A stretch of 63,905 bases of DNA, the filler included, from Octopus bimaculoides (Eukaryota): the NCBI RefSeq assembly GCF_001194135.2. It is 6 parts of 4 records of this genome, joined end to end, with 100 filler letters (N's around TTAATTAATTAA, not from the genome) between each part and the next. Parts side by side here need not be neighbours in the genome. Positions count along the whole stretch, not along the records: positions 46,571 to 57,978 come from NC_068985.1; positions 58,079 to 59,552 come from NC_068984.1; positions 59,653 to 62,468 come from NW_026337465.1; positions 62,569 to 63,905 come from NW_026397026.1; 2 more parts are not named here. One strand, 5' to 3'. The notes below the pieces were generated by a model. It saw nothing but the letters and a program-made list of their open reading frames with translations. It was not told the origin of the DNA and ran no database searches. The position numbers were made by a program, and so were the translations under genes. Each line of letters opens with the position of its first letter. The first letter of the stretch is position 1. Positions 51,963 to 63,905 of the stretch are shown in pieces.

Positions 51963-52780
51963 GCTAACACGGAAAATTAGTATGTGAAAACGCTGGTTCA
52001 TGAAAACGTTGAATCCCAACGATGAGTCCCTTAGACGACGAATTTACTGCCAGAATATCTCAAAGAAAACAAACTGGAAATACATATAATATAAAATCGA
52101 ATAGACACTGTGTGAAATACAATATATATCATCATCAAATATACCAGATTTTGGAACTGTATTTAAAATTTTCGACAATCCCAAATACTTACGAAATATT
52201 GAATGAATTCCAGAAACACCTTTCAGGTTTCCATTTATGTGGTAATATTTGCTTTCTTAGACTAATAAGGTAACAAACGAATATGCATGCAATTTTATTT
52301 TCATTATTGAAAGTTATCCAAAGGCAAAATTCTCAGTTAAGAATTGTTTTTGATTTTGTTTACATCTACGGCATCAAGTTCTGTCCAAATAACAGCCTAT
52401 CGTTATCGTGCATCAAGTAAATATAACAAACTTAATTTGATATCCTCCATTGTAAACAAATAGGATATATGTATATATGTATATATNNNNNNNNNNNNNN
52501 NNNNNNNNNNNNNNNNNNNNNNNNNNNNNNNNNNNNNNNNNNNNNNNNNNNNNNNNNNNNNNNNNNNNNNNNNNNNNNNNNNNNNNCGTATACATGCATA
52601 TATCAATATAAACACACAATGTATATACACAGCGGTTGGTCAAAATGCTGGAAACACCTAGCATCATAGCATCATAATATTGAAATATCTATAAAACCGT
52701 CACAAGCTGGTTTGTTTTTGTTTTTTGATTCATTATTATTGTTGCTTAATATGTTTTGCTAATATGTTTTGCTATATATA

Positions 52781-54027
52781 CAGGCGTTGGACAAAATATT
52801 GGAGACGCCTTAAAATTTCAAACAAATCTATATTAATATGGGGTAGGACTACCTTTGACAGTAATTACAGTTTGAATTCTACGAGGTATGGACTCGTACA
52901 AAGTTTGAATGGTTTCTAAAGGAATTTTTGTTCATTCTTCAGCTAAAACAGTCTCCANNNNNNNNNNGTAGGACTACCTTTGACAGTAATTACAGTTTGA
53001 ATTCTACGAGGTATGGACTCGTACAAAGTTTGAATGGTTTCTAAAGGAATTTTTGTTCATTCTTCAGCTAAAACAGTCTCCAGTTCTTGTAGTGATGGTG
53101 GTGGAGAATATGGATTCCTTACTTGCTTTTCTAAATTGCACCATAAATATTCAATAATATTGAGATCTAGAAACTGTAGTGGCCAGATAAGTTGTTCAAC
53201 TTCACTAAAATGTTCTTCGTGCTATTCAGTAACAACTTTAGTTGTGTGAATTGGTGCATTATCATCCTGAAAGATTGCGCTTCGCCCCGGAAAAAAGTTC
53301 CGCAACTATAGGATGAATTTGATCAGATAAAATGCTTAGTTTTTACTATTAATTCTGTCATGAAGGTAAACCATGAAGCTTTCCAGATCATCACAGATCC
53401 TCCTCCATGTATAACAGTGGGGAAAAGGCAGTCCGTGTCAAATGCTTCTTTTGGTTGTTTACACACGTATACTCAGCCGGCGGTCGGAAATAAGGTAAAA
53501 TACGACTCATCCGAGAAAATAACATTCTTCCACTGGTTTAGAGACCAAATCTGTAGGATTTCTTCTCCACACTAAGCCGTTTGTAATATTTGTTTTTGAA
53601 AGTAGTAGTTTTCTGATTGCGACCCTCCTATGAAATCCGGCTTTATGCAGCTCCTGGCGAACGGTTTTTGTGCAAACTGGATTCTCGAGATTACCATTAA
53701 GCTCTGCAATAATTTTGGGAGCTGTACTTCTGTAATCCTTTCTAACAATTTCTATCTGAAAGTTTTGGTTTTGCCGGAGTCTTGCTTCGACGAGTAGGTT
53801 TCTCCCTCTTTCTCAAAGGCTGTCATTACTTTCGAGACAGTACTTCTTGATACACCAAATATTTCGGCTGTTTTCGTTACGCTAGCGCCTGACATACGAG
53901 CACCAACAATTTGACCCTTTTGGAAGTTCGATAGAATTGTCATTTTAATAAATTTTAATTACCTTTTACTGATGATATCTGAAAAGAAAGAGCAATTTTA
54001 GCAAAACATATTAAGCAACAATAATAN
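52781..54027 (-). mobile_element. Tc1-like DD36E (Incomer-type) transposon, decayed
   Basis: TIR TA|CAGGCGTTGGACAAAAT at 52781. CDS about 53943-52833: LSNFQKGQIVGARMSGASVTKTA, IFSDES (53509), FQDDNAPIH...DLNIIE with 36 residues between D (53261-63) and E (53150-52). Contains stops and frameshifts; the other end is lost in a gap. Confidence 0.85.
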
Positions 54028-54471
54028 NNNNNNNNNNNNNNNNNNNNNNNNNNNNNNNNNNNNNNNNNNNNNNNNNNNNNNNNNNNNNNNNNNNNNNNNN
54101 NNNNNNNNNNNNNNNNNNNNNNNNNNNNNNNNNNNNNNNNNNNNNNNNNNNNNNNNNNNNNNNNNNNNNNNNNNNNNNNNNNNNNNNNNNNNNNNNNNNN
54201 NNNNNNNNNNNNNNNNNNNNNNNNNNNNNNNNNNNNNNNNNNNNNNNNNNNNNNNNNNNNNNNNNNNNNNNNNNNNNNNNNNNNNNNNNNNNNNNNNNNN
54301 NNNNNNNNNNNNNNNNNNNNNNNNNNNNNNNNNNNNNNNNNNNNNNNNNNNNNNNNNNNNNNNNNNNNNNNNNNNNNNNNNNNNNNNNNNNNNNNNNNNN
54401 NNNNNNNNNNNNNNNNNNNNNNNNNNNNNNNNNTGTGTGTGTGTGTTTGTGTGCGTGTGTGTGTGTGTGTG

Positions 54472-54508
<37 letters not shown>

Positions 54509-55129
54509 TTACCTTTTATTCTGTTGGGATTGCTCTCCATTTCGATTATTTCTGTCTTCAGCACACTTTCTACTACCAAACTATCTCCCTCCTTTCTATC
54601 TTTTCACTTATTCGCTAAAACTCCAGTTTCTCAAGTTACCTTTCCCTTTCTTCCCAAAACTCTAGTTGCTCTTCTCTCTACGTCTCCACCTATTCTTCCA
54701 TTTTAGCTTCCCCTGGCCCTCCACCACATGCTCTTTCTCGAAATACTTTCCCACCCACTAATTCACGTTCACCTCCATATATCCATTCGCTCCCCTTTCT
54801 CGCCCTTTAAATTCCATCTTCTCTTACCATCCAATTGTTTTCTTCTATCTAAACCTCTGCTTCCTCGAATCTCTGTCTCTGCTTACACCCTTCTCTCCTC
54901 TAATATTCCTATCATTCTTTCACTTTTCTCTCTCTGCACCTCACAACTCTCTTCTCTCTCCCCATCTACTTTCTCTCATCGTTGCCTCAACTTACTTTCT
55001 CCTCTCTCCTCACATATCTGCACCATTTCTTCGCTGTCTCTCTCTCGCTGTCTCTCTCTCGCTGTCTCTCTCTACCTCACTCGCTCACTGTCACTTGCTC
55101 TCTCTCTCTCTGTCCCTCTGCATATATAG

Positions 55130-57830
55130 TCATACCCCATAAAGAAGCACGTAACTATTGCAGGGAATGTATCGAGAAACTGGGATTATCGTAAAAAATG
55201 TTTCACCCAACAAACATATTTCGACTGCCCTGATTTACCAGAACCGTTGCGCAAATAGAGCGAAAAAAATGTCAAATTATCCGCTCCTCTGCACTCATCG
55301 GACAACACTTCAGCAAATTGGACGCCAATTTTTAAAGTGGTGAATCCCCAATCGAAACGCCAGACACAGAAAACAGTGTCAATGTTGAATCCTCTCGCAG
55401 AAATGCCAAGAAGGAAGGCAAAAACAGAGCAAACGTATCACGAGGATATTCATATTCAAGAAGACGATAAACTAGGAAAAGAAAAGAAAAAGAAAAGTCC
55501 TAAGAAAAGCATCGCCAATGCCACCCACCAAAGCAATAGAAAAAGGAATGGAAGATGCCGGAAGTCTGATGAAAGAGAGTTCGAAGCAAAAAACAAGACC
55601 ACAGAAAGAAACAGCAAGAAATAAAAAGAAGGAAGCTATGTGAAGTAGCTACCTTCTCAAACTCTACGTAAAAAGTGTCTACTGGCTTGGAGAGATGGGG
55701 ACGAACTGCAAAGCTCAAGAAGAACGAACCCATGGCAAAACATCACTCTCCATTTAACTAAAATATAGATTAATATTATGCCCAGAGAGACACATATATT
55801 AATGCAGACAGACAGTGAAGAAAACTTCAAATATGATGTATGGAGATGCAGTGAATGCAGCAGCTAGCATTGTTGAAAACAAATTCAGCCATGCACAGCC
55901 ACATACAATACTCCTCAAATAATAATCCCGAGTAGTCACCATTGCTACCAAGCCGATAATCACACCAATTCTACAGATAGCTATCACAGGTTTCACACAA
56001 ACCCAACAGTAACCGCAAGTTTGCCTGCCTGAGGATCTTTCTTCATGTATTGAAACAATATGCATTGCACTTACGGAGACTCATCTGTTTGCAAACATAA
56101 ATGATGCTGTGATACACATATCAATTTATACTGTAGACAGGAAAATAAACCCCGGTGTTGTATGTCCGTTCAGATGTCATACCACTAACCTTGTTAGTAC
56201 ACTCAAATACAGTCTATGACACAATGCATTTAAAACAATTTAACCGACAACACGATGCCTCAAATCATAATGTTAAATTTGAGGAAGGCCTTACGATAAT
56301 AAAAGAAGTACCAATAAATGTATGTCAATGCAGTAATATAGTTCTGATAGTTGACTTCAACTTCCCCAATATCAGATGATCAGGAGGCGACATTACCTCA
56401 GAAATGATACGCAAACTGATACAAGCAGAATCTCTAATTGATCTTACGAAAATGATGTTCATGGAGCAAGCCATACTATTTCCAAATAGAAACAATAACA
56501 TCTTAGACCACTGCTTCCGAAACAATGTGGAACTGACCATGTATCGTACTCAGAAAGCAACCAAACTGGAAGTCCATTCGAAAACAGACACCTCAGCAAA
56601 ATCGGCTTAAAGAATTTTAAAAAATAACTTGCTCACAAAGACAAAATATGGCTTACGTACAGAGAGGAGCAGCTTCACGCAACTCCGACAGCATTATGAT
56701 TGGTACCGAAACAACAGCTCCACCACTCAAATATGGACGTGATGTATCATAACTTTACCGAGTCCTTTGACGAAGTTGATCACGAGATGATATGTCTCAA
56801 ATTCTGTGACATAATTATCCCTAGACAATGCGAGTGACTGCATGAAAAGTCAAACGTCAGACACATATAGCCAAAGGTGCTTCCAATGGGAGGCATCAAT
56901 TCTGAAGCGAGACCCTCAGAGAATTGAACTAGGACCAGTATTATTTCTGGTGGCTCTCTAAGATATGCCCTCACCCAAACAGTTAACCTCTCTCACCAGA
57001 TATGCTGATGATAAAAAAAGTATCACAAACAGTCAAGTACATGTTAAATTGTAGAAAGGCCTGAATGTAATATACAGGCGAACTAAAGAAAATAATATGA
57101 AGTCCACTGTAGGGAAGTTTCGAACATTCCACTGTTGATCTACAAGCCTACTACAATCGGAATACCCATGAACAGGGTCTATTGCTATGTCACAGTTTGT
57201 GCCAGACCTTGGAATCCACATAAGTGATGGTGCAACATTTCTTTTGCATATTTTGAAGATAACAGTATTGTAAAGATGAGTAACTGGATGGATTCTGTAG
57301 TCATTCATAACCAGGGAAAGGTTGTCATGCTGCTACTTATCGATCGATCTCAGTCGGCCGATAACTGCTCCTAAATATGGTCACTGCAGAATATCAAACT
57401 GATTGTGGTACGCGAGGCAATCTAGTGCTACTACAAAAGGAAAAATTGATCCAGAGCAACAGACGAGCTACTGATTGAAGCTAAAAGAACTGAAGCTCTA
57501 CTCCCTAAAGGCAAGACGGGAAGATTCTAAAGGTGTAGCTCGTAACTTTGCAATTGAAAGCTATACAAATAAACAAATCCCCCGTATTCTCCATCTGGAA
57601 TAAGAACCCGGTTCAAGGATCAACAGGTATTGAGCATGCTAGCAAACAGCATCAGAGTTTTGCGAGGAGTAGATGGGGAAATCTCCAGAGAACGTCTAGA
57701 CACTAAGCAGATCCATTCCACTTTACTACTTCACCAGAAATAATGAAGAAAAGAAACCTGAAACGCAATCACACTAAAAGGTAGTGTCCAACTTGGCCTC
57801 ACCCCCTGGATGAAGCTGATTAAACAATAA
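55130..57830 (+). mobile_element. Highly decayed CR1/L2-type LINE (endonuclease plus RT)
   Basis: LTETHL, VDFNFPNI (56350), NNILDHCF, YHNFTESFDEVDHE (RT motif ~56740), PQRIELGPVLFLVAL, YADD (57001). The upstream ORF1-like part is uncertain. Confidence 0.8.
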
Positions 57831-58079
57831 AACAAAACTGTATCTGTACATACATACATACATAAATACATACATACATACATGCATGCATACATACACA
57901 CGTGCATACATGCATACATAAATACACACATACATATGTATAAATACATGCATGGGCAAATATTTATTTATATGAATGNNNNNNNNNNNNNNNNNNNNNN
58001 NNNNNNNNNNNNNNNNNNNNNNTTAATTAATTAANNNNNNNNNNNNNNNNNNNNNNNNNNNNNNNNNNNNNNNNNNNNA

Positions 58080-59552
58080 TATACCAATACTATATTTGCA
58101 TGCACATACATAAACTAAGAATATGCAAAAAAAAACTAATAAATTATAGTAACTAATGAATTTATATACAAATATAAATATTTAGGGGTGAAAAAAGTAT
58201 TCCTACAGAACTGGTCATTCTGATTTAATACTTCGTAGCATAATCATTATTCAGTTCCACTTCAACCAATCTCTTCTTGTAGTTCTTAATCAATTACTCG
58301 CATGTTTCTTGAGGAATTTTTCCTATTCTTCTTGACAAATTTTCTTCAAATCTGGAATGCACATTGGGGCTCTTGAATGAGTTTTAATTTTCAAATAACG
58401 CCACAAATTTCCAATGGGGTTCAAGTCAGGTGGCTGGCTTGGCCATTCTAATAATTTCATATTGTGATTGACAATCCATTTTTTGTAGACTTCGCCGTAT
58501 GCTTATGGTCGTTATCCTGTTGTAAAACCCACCCTTCACAAAGCTGGAGCTTTTCTACAGAGTCCCATAAATTATTGTTCAAAATATTTTGGTACATCTC
58601 TGCATTCATTCTACCATCTATCGCATGTCAATTGCCAGTGCCATTTGTAGAGAAACACCCCTACACAATGATGTTGCCACCTCCAAACTTTACTGTAGGA
58701 ATTGTGTTTTTCGGCGAATAGGTGGTACCATATTTCCTCCAAACATGGCTACGCGAATTTCGTCTACACAATTCAATTTTCGACTCGTCTGTCCAAAGAA
58801 CATTTTCCCAGAATGTATCAGATTTATCGCTATGTTCATAAACAAATTTTAAACGGGCATCTCTATGCCTTTTAGTCAACAGTGGAGTTTTTCTAGGAGA
58901 GCGTGACTTCAGTTCATTCCTATGAAGTTCATTGCTGATTGTTCGTAGTGTAACACTAGTCCCTGAAGCTAACAAATCTTCTCGCAACTCCTTTCTGGTG
59001 ATCATTGCGTTTTTTTTCGATACTTCACTTCATTTTTCTTAAAGATCTAGGGGAAATCTTGTGTGGTGCACCGGATCGTCTTCTGTTTTCAACAGTTCCC
59101 GATTTTTTATATCTTTGAATAAATGAAGGTATGGTAGAAAATGGAATACAAAGGGTCTTTGATATTTTCCTGTAACTTTTACCTGCTTTCCGCTGTTCAA
59201 TAATTAAGTTTTTCACTGAATTGGTGAGTTCTTTACTTTTTGCCATTATTACGACAATACTTTATGTTGTCTCAGTGCTGAATGAAGAAGCTAGCGTTTT
59301 GACATTTAAAAATGACCACTGATAAGATCATTGGAACAAACGAGAAAGTTCTAGTAAAAAACAAAAATTATTTTAACAGTATTTTGTGGCATAGAAATTC
59401 ATAAATTTATTCTGTACGAATACGTTTTTCACCCCTAAATATTTAAAATTGTATATAAATTCATTAGTTACTATAATTTATTAGTTTCTTTTGCATGTTT
59501 ATATTCTTATATTTCTACATTTTTATCATATCTGTCTTTATATAAATATGTG
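58080..59552 (-). mobile_element. Tc1-family DD34E transposon with long TIRs, frameshifted
   Basis: CDS from 59246: MAKSKEL..., WTDESK (58787), QQDNDHKH...WPSQPPDLNPIG. Spacing is 34 after repairing a 1-nt deletion, and the catalytic E is changed to G (58410-12). Inverted repeats of about 95-100 bp at 58117-58210 and 59410-59508; both ends run into gaps. Confidence 0.92.
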
Positions 59553-59899
59553 NNNNNNNNNNNNNNNNNNNNNNNNNNNNNNNNNNNNNNNNNNNNTTAA
59601 TTAATTAANNNNNNNNNNNNNNNNNNNNNNNNNNNNNNNNNNNNNNNNNNNNAAGTAACACTGTCAAAGTAACACTGTCAACTACTCTGCTGACTGTTCA
59701 CTCAGTTCTTATTTATTGTTAGTCCACCTTCAGTCATGTGGGGGTGTTCAGGATTCTCCCATTACAGGGTGTGAGTAGGGAGGGTTAGAAGTTGGNNNNN
59801 NNNNNGGGGGGAGTAAATATCGATTGCTACTTATTACATTAATACTTCTCACAAGAAAGAAATTTCTAGTATACACATTTGTAATGCCTTTTAGTGGGA

Positions 59900-60790
59900 A
59901 GAGGGTGAGCTGGCAGAATTGTGTACCTGACAGGTAAAATGCTTAGTGGCATTTTGTCCCTCTTCATGCTCTCAGTTCAAATTCCACTGAGGTGAACTTA
60001 GCCTTTCATCATTATTATTATTGTTCAAGGTGGCAGGCTGGCAGAAAGCATTTCGCCCATTGCTATGTTCTGAGTTCAAATTCTGCTGAGGTCAACTTTN
60101 NNNNNNNNNTTCAAATTCTGCTGAGGTCAACTTTGCCTTTCATCCTTTTGGGGTCAATATATTAAGTACCAGTGGAACACTGGTTTGATGTAATCGACCA
60201 GTCCCCTCCACCAAATTTCAGGCCTTGTNNNNNNNNNNNNNNNNNNNNNNNNNNNNNNNNNNNNNNNNNNNNNNNNNNNNNNNNNNNNNNNNNNNNNTTA
60301 TTATTATTATTATTATTATTATTAAGGCAGTGAGATGGCAGAATCATCAGCCTGCCAGGTAAAATACTTAGCAGCATTTTGTCTATCATTAGGTTCTGGT
60401 TTCAAATTCTGCAGAGGTCAACTTTGCCTTTCATCCATCTGGGGTCAACAAATCAAGTACCAGTTGAAAACTGAGGTTGATGTANNNNNNNNNNNNNNNN
60501 NNNNNNNNNNNNNNNNNNNNNNNNNNNNNNNNNNNNNNNNNNNNNNNNNNNNNNNNNNNNNNNNNNNNNNNNNNNNNNNNNNNNNNNNNNNNNNNNNNNN
60601 NNNNNNNNNNNNNNNNNNNNNNNNNNNNNNNNNNNNNNNNNNNNNNNNNTCTGAGTTCAAATTCCACTGAGGTCATCTTTGCTTTTCATCCTTCCAGGGT
60701 CAATAAAACAAGTACCAGTTGAGCACTGGGGTCGATTCAATTGACTTACCCCCTCCACCTATATTGCTGGTCTTGTGCCAAAATTTGAAT
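59900..60790 (+). mobile_element. Cluster of CpG-decayed SINE family A copies
   Basis: Three or four partial A copies interrupted by gaps; heads lack CpG. Confidence 0.8.
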
Positions 60791-60914
60791 CCAATGTCTA
60801 TCGGTGGTGATTCTCCTCAGGGCTGATTTGATCACCTCACCCTCTTTTAATAGTATACATACACATATAATATGTCTACCGAACAGCTAAAAGCGACTGG
60901 ATATTTCTGTCTTT

Positions 60915-61312
60915 TCACTTGTTTCAATCATTAGATTGCAGCCATGCTGGAGCATCACCTTGAAGAATTTTAGTTGCATGAATCAAACTCAGTACTTTTT
61001 TTTTAAGCTTGGTACTTATTCTATCAGTCNNNNNNNNNNNNNNNNNNNNNNNNNNNNNNNNNNNNNNNNNNNNNNNNNNNNNNNNNNNNNNNNNNNNNNN
61101 NNNNNNNNNNNNNNNNNNNNNNNNNNNNNNNNNNNNNNNNNNNNNNNNNNNNNNNNNNNNNNNNNNNNNNNNNNNNNNNNNNNNNNNNNNNNNNNNNNNN
61201 NNNNNNNNNNNNNNNNNNNNNNNNNNNNNAAGACACTTGCCCAAGGTGCCATGCAGTGGGACTGAACCCGAACCATGTGATTGGGAAGCAAGCTTCTTAC
61301 CACACAGTTATT
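60915..61312 (-). mobile_element. SINE family B (middle in gap)
   Basis: Tail gcagccatgctggagcatcacc and head agacacttgcccaaggtgccatgcagtgggactgaacc. Confidence 0.8.
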
Positions 61313-62679
61313 CCTATGTCCACTTATATAGACATTAACCTGTATTTCGAGATTTGTTACTACATTTTCTTTCCTGCATATTTCTCCTTGTCCAACCGTT
61401 TNNNNNNNNNNNNNNNNNNNNNNNNNNNNNNNNNNNNNNNNNNNNNNNNNNNNNNNNNNNNNNNNNNNNNNNNNNNNNNNNNNNNNNNNNNNNNNNNNNN
61501 NNNNNNNNNNNNNNNNNNNNNNNNNNNNNNNNNNNNNNNNNNNNNNNNNNNNNNNNNNNNNNNNNNNNNNNNNNNNNNNNNNNNNNNNNNNNNNNNNNNN
61601 NNNNNNNNNNNNNNNNNNNNNNNNNNNNNNNNNNNNNNNNNNNNNNNNNNNNNNNNNNNNNNNNNNNNNNNNNNNNNNNNNNNNNNNNNNNNNNNNNNNN
61701 NNNNNNNNNNNNNNNNNNNNNNNNNNNNNNNNNNNNNNNNNNNNNNNNNNNNNNNNNNNNNNNNNNNNNNNNNNNNNNNNNNNNNNNNNNNNNNNNNNNN
61801 NNNNNNNNNNNNNNNNNNNNNNNNNNNNNNNNNNNNNNNNNNNNNNNNNNNNNNNNNNNNNNNNNNNNNNNNNNNNNNNNNNNNNNNNNNNNNNNNNNNN
61901 NNNNNNNNNNNNNNNNNNNNNNNNNNNNNNNNNNNNNNNNNNNNNNNNNNNNNNNNNNNNNNNNNNNNNNNNNNNNNNNNNNNNNNNNNNNNNNNNNNNN
62001 NNNNNNNNNNNNNNNNNNNNNNNNNNNNNNNNNNNNNNNNNNNNNNNNNNNNNNNNNNNNNNNNNNNNNNNNNNNNNNNNNNNNNNNNNNNNNNNNNNNN
62101 NNNNNNNNNNNNNNNNNNNNNNNNNNNNNNNNNNNNNNNNNNNNNNNNNNNNNNNNNNNNNNNNNNNNNNNNNNNNNNNNNNNNNNNNNNNNNNNNNNNN
62201 NNNNNNNNNNNNNNNNNNNNNNNNNNNNNNNNNNNNNNNNNNNNNNNNNNNNNCCTCCAATGTTGCCTAAGTGATGGGGATATCAATGTACAATTGTACC
62301 AATAATCCGATAAAAATGAATGAATGAACAGAAGCACTGCAAGAAACAAAAGGGGCTGTCTTTAATCTTGTCAGGGATGACACAACTTTTCTGTTGCTCG
62401 TGAATGAATCAACACTGACAACATAGAGCAGGGAGGATTCTTTAGCGCTGTCAGAAAAAAAAAAAAAANNNNNNNNNNNNNNNNNNNNNNNNNNNNNNNN
62501 NNNNNNNNNNNNTTAATTAATTAANNNNNNNNNNNNNNNNNNNNNNNNNNNNNNNNNNNNNNNNNNNNTACATATATACATACGCATATACATAGTTATA
62601 TACATATATATACACACATACACACACATATATATGCATATACATATATATATTTGTTATGGGTGTGTCACCCTTTGTA

Positions 62680-62983
62680 GTAGTAGTAGTAAAATAACAA
62701 CTTCTGCATCGACCGCAAAAGGAATCGAGAAACGTTAAAAGAAAAGGAAGGAGAAACAGAAGTGGAAACATGAAGAACAACAACAACAATAGAAGGAAAA
62801 GAAAAGCGAGGAAAGGGAAAGAGGAAAAAGGAAAGAAGGAAAAAACAAAGAAAGAAAGAAAGAAAGAAGAAAAATAAGTGGAAGGAAAGGAAGAACAACA
62901 AAACACATCAACAACTACTACTACTACTGCCACTACAACAGCTACAACAATAATAAAAAGAAAATGAAGAAACGGGAGAAGGG

Positions 62984-63015
<32 letters not shown>

Positions 63016-63171
63016 AGAAGAAGAAGAAGAAGAAGAAGAGGAAGGAGAGGAAGAAGAACAACAACAACAACTACTACTACTACTATTACTACAACAACAA
63101 CGGCAACAACTGCTACTACAACATCTACAACAGTAACAAAAGAAAACGAAGAAAGGAAAGAAGAAGAAGAA

Positions 63172-63203
<32 letters not shown>

Positions 63204-63356
63204 AGAAGAGGAACAACAACAACAGCAGCAGCAGCAGCAGCTGCAACAGCTATTACTACAACTACATTTACAACAATAATAGCAAAGGAAAACGAAGGAA
63301 AGAAGAAGAAGAAGAAGAAGAAGAAGAAGAAGAAGAAGAAGAAGAAGAAGAAGAAG

Positions 63357-63387
<31 letters not shown>

Positions 63388-63445
63388 GGCACCAACAGCG
63401 ATAATACTAATAATAACACTAATAATAAAACTAATAATAACAATA
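62680..63445. repeat. Compound (GAA)n/(CAA)n/(CTA)n/(GCA)n trinucleotide tract
   Basis: Directly visible; explains the poly-K/L/S ORFs. Confidence 0.95.
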
Positions 63446-63905
63446 GGCAAGAAACAACGAGAACAATGAAAGGCAGAAGAATTCTCGGGAGCCTTAAGGG
63501 AATCTTGTGAAGTAGTATTTCCTGTTGCGTCTCATTCTTTGCCACGTCTAAGGAAACCATTTGTAATACAAGACTTTTGGCAGAGATCAGACAATAACAC
63601 CAACAGCAACAACAGCACCGGCACCAGCAGCATGAGTAGTAGCTATAGACATAAGTATGCTGACTTAAGTGCAAGCTTCAGGCTTGCGATCATTGATTAA
63701 TCATGATGCCAGTGTTAAATCGTTAGTCGTTAATCGTTAACCATTTAGTGTTAACCCAATTCGATGAAGTGAACGAGAAGGAAAAGCTGGAAAGCGTGGG
63801 GTCTATCGGTAAGGGGTTGTGTATGGAGGGGAGTTGCTGTCATTAGGAATTCCTTTCAGGGTGTGGCACTTTGGGTATGTATAAGAGTCCAGGGTCAACT
63901 GATAG

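Noticed and set aside
52843-53082. 115-bp exact duplication inside the DD36E transposase
   Set aside because: Identical copies flank a 10-N gap, so it is an assembly artefact. The same applies around 60075-60134.

Overview
This is an AT-rich, microsatellite-dense eukaryotic draft scaffold with many N gaps. It is most consistent with a coleoid cephalopod (Octopus-like tRNA-SINE families); that assignment is an inference and was not verified. No host protein-coding gene can be confidently identified, and almost all supplied ORFs are microsatellite or gap artefacts. The recognisable content is transposable elements: at least four dispersed SINE-like families; decayed RTE, CR1/L2-type and R4/Dong-type (RLE) LINE fragments; three Tc1/mariner superfamily elements (DD34E, DD36E, DD41D); several MITEs; and Helitron fragments. 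The most striking element is at 16176-16629: a single insertion with an 11-bp TSD, made of a tRNA-derived Pol III head joined to a 3' segment carrying a Penelope-type minimal hammerhead ribozyme, preceded by an inverted copy of that segment. It looks like a SINE built from, and possibly mobilised by, Penelope-like retroelements. Other notable signals are a short element sharing its tail with the R4-like LINE and sitting in (CATA)n microsatellites, further degenerate hammerhead-like motifs, and a sharp switch between CpG-depleted (about 0.3-29 kb and 59.6-61.4 kb) and CpG-retaining (about 29-59 kb) domains.
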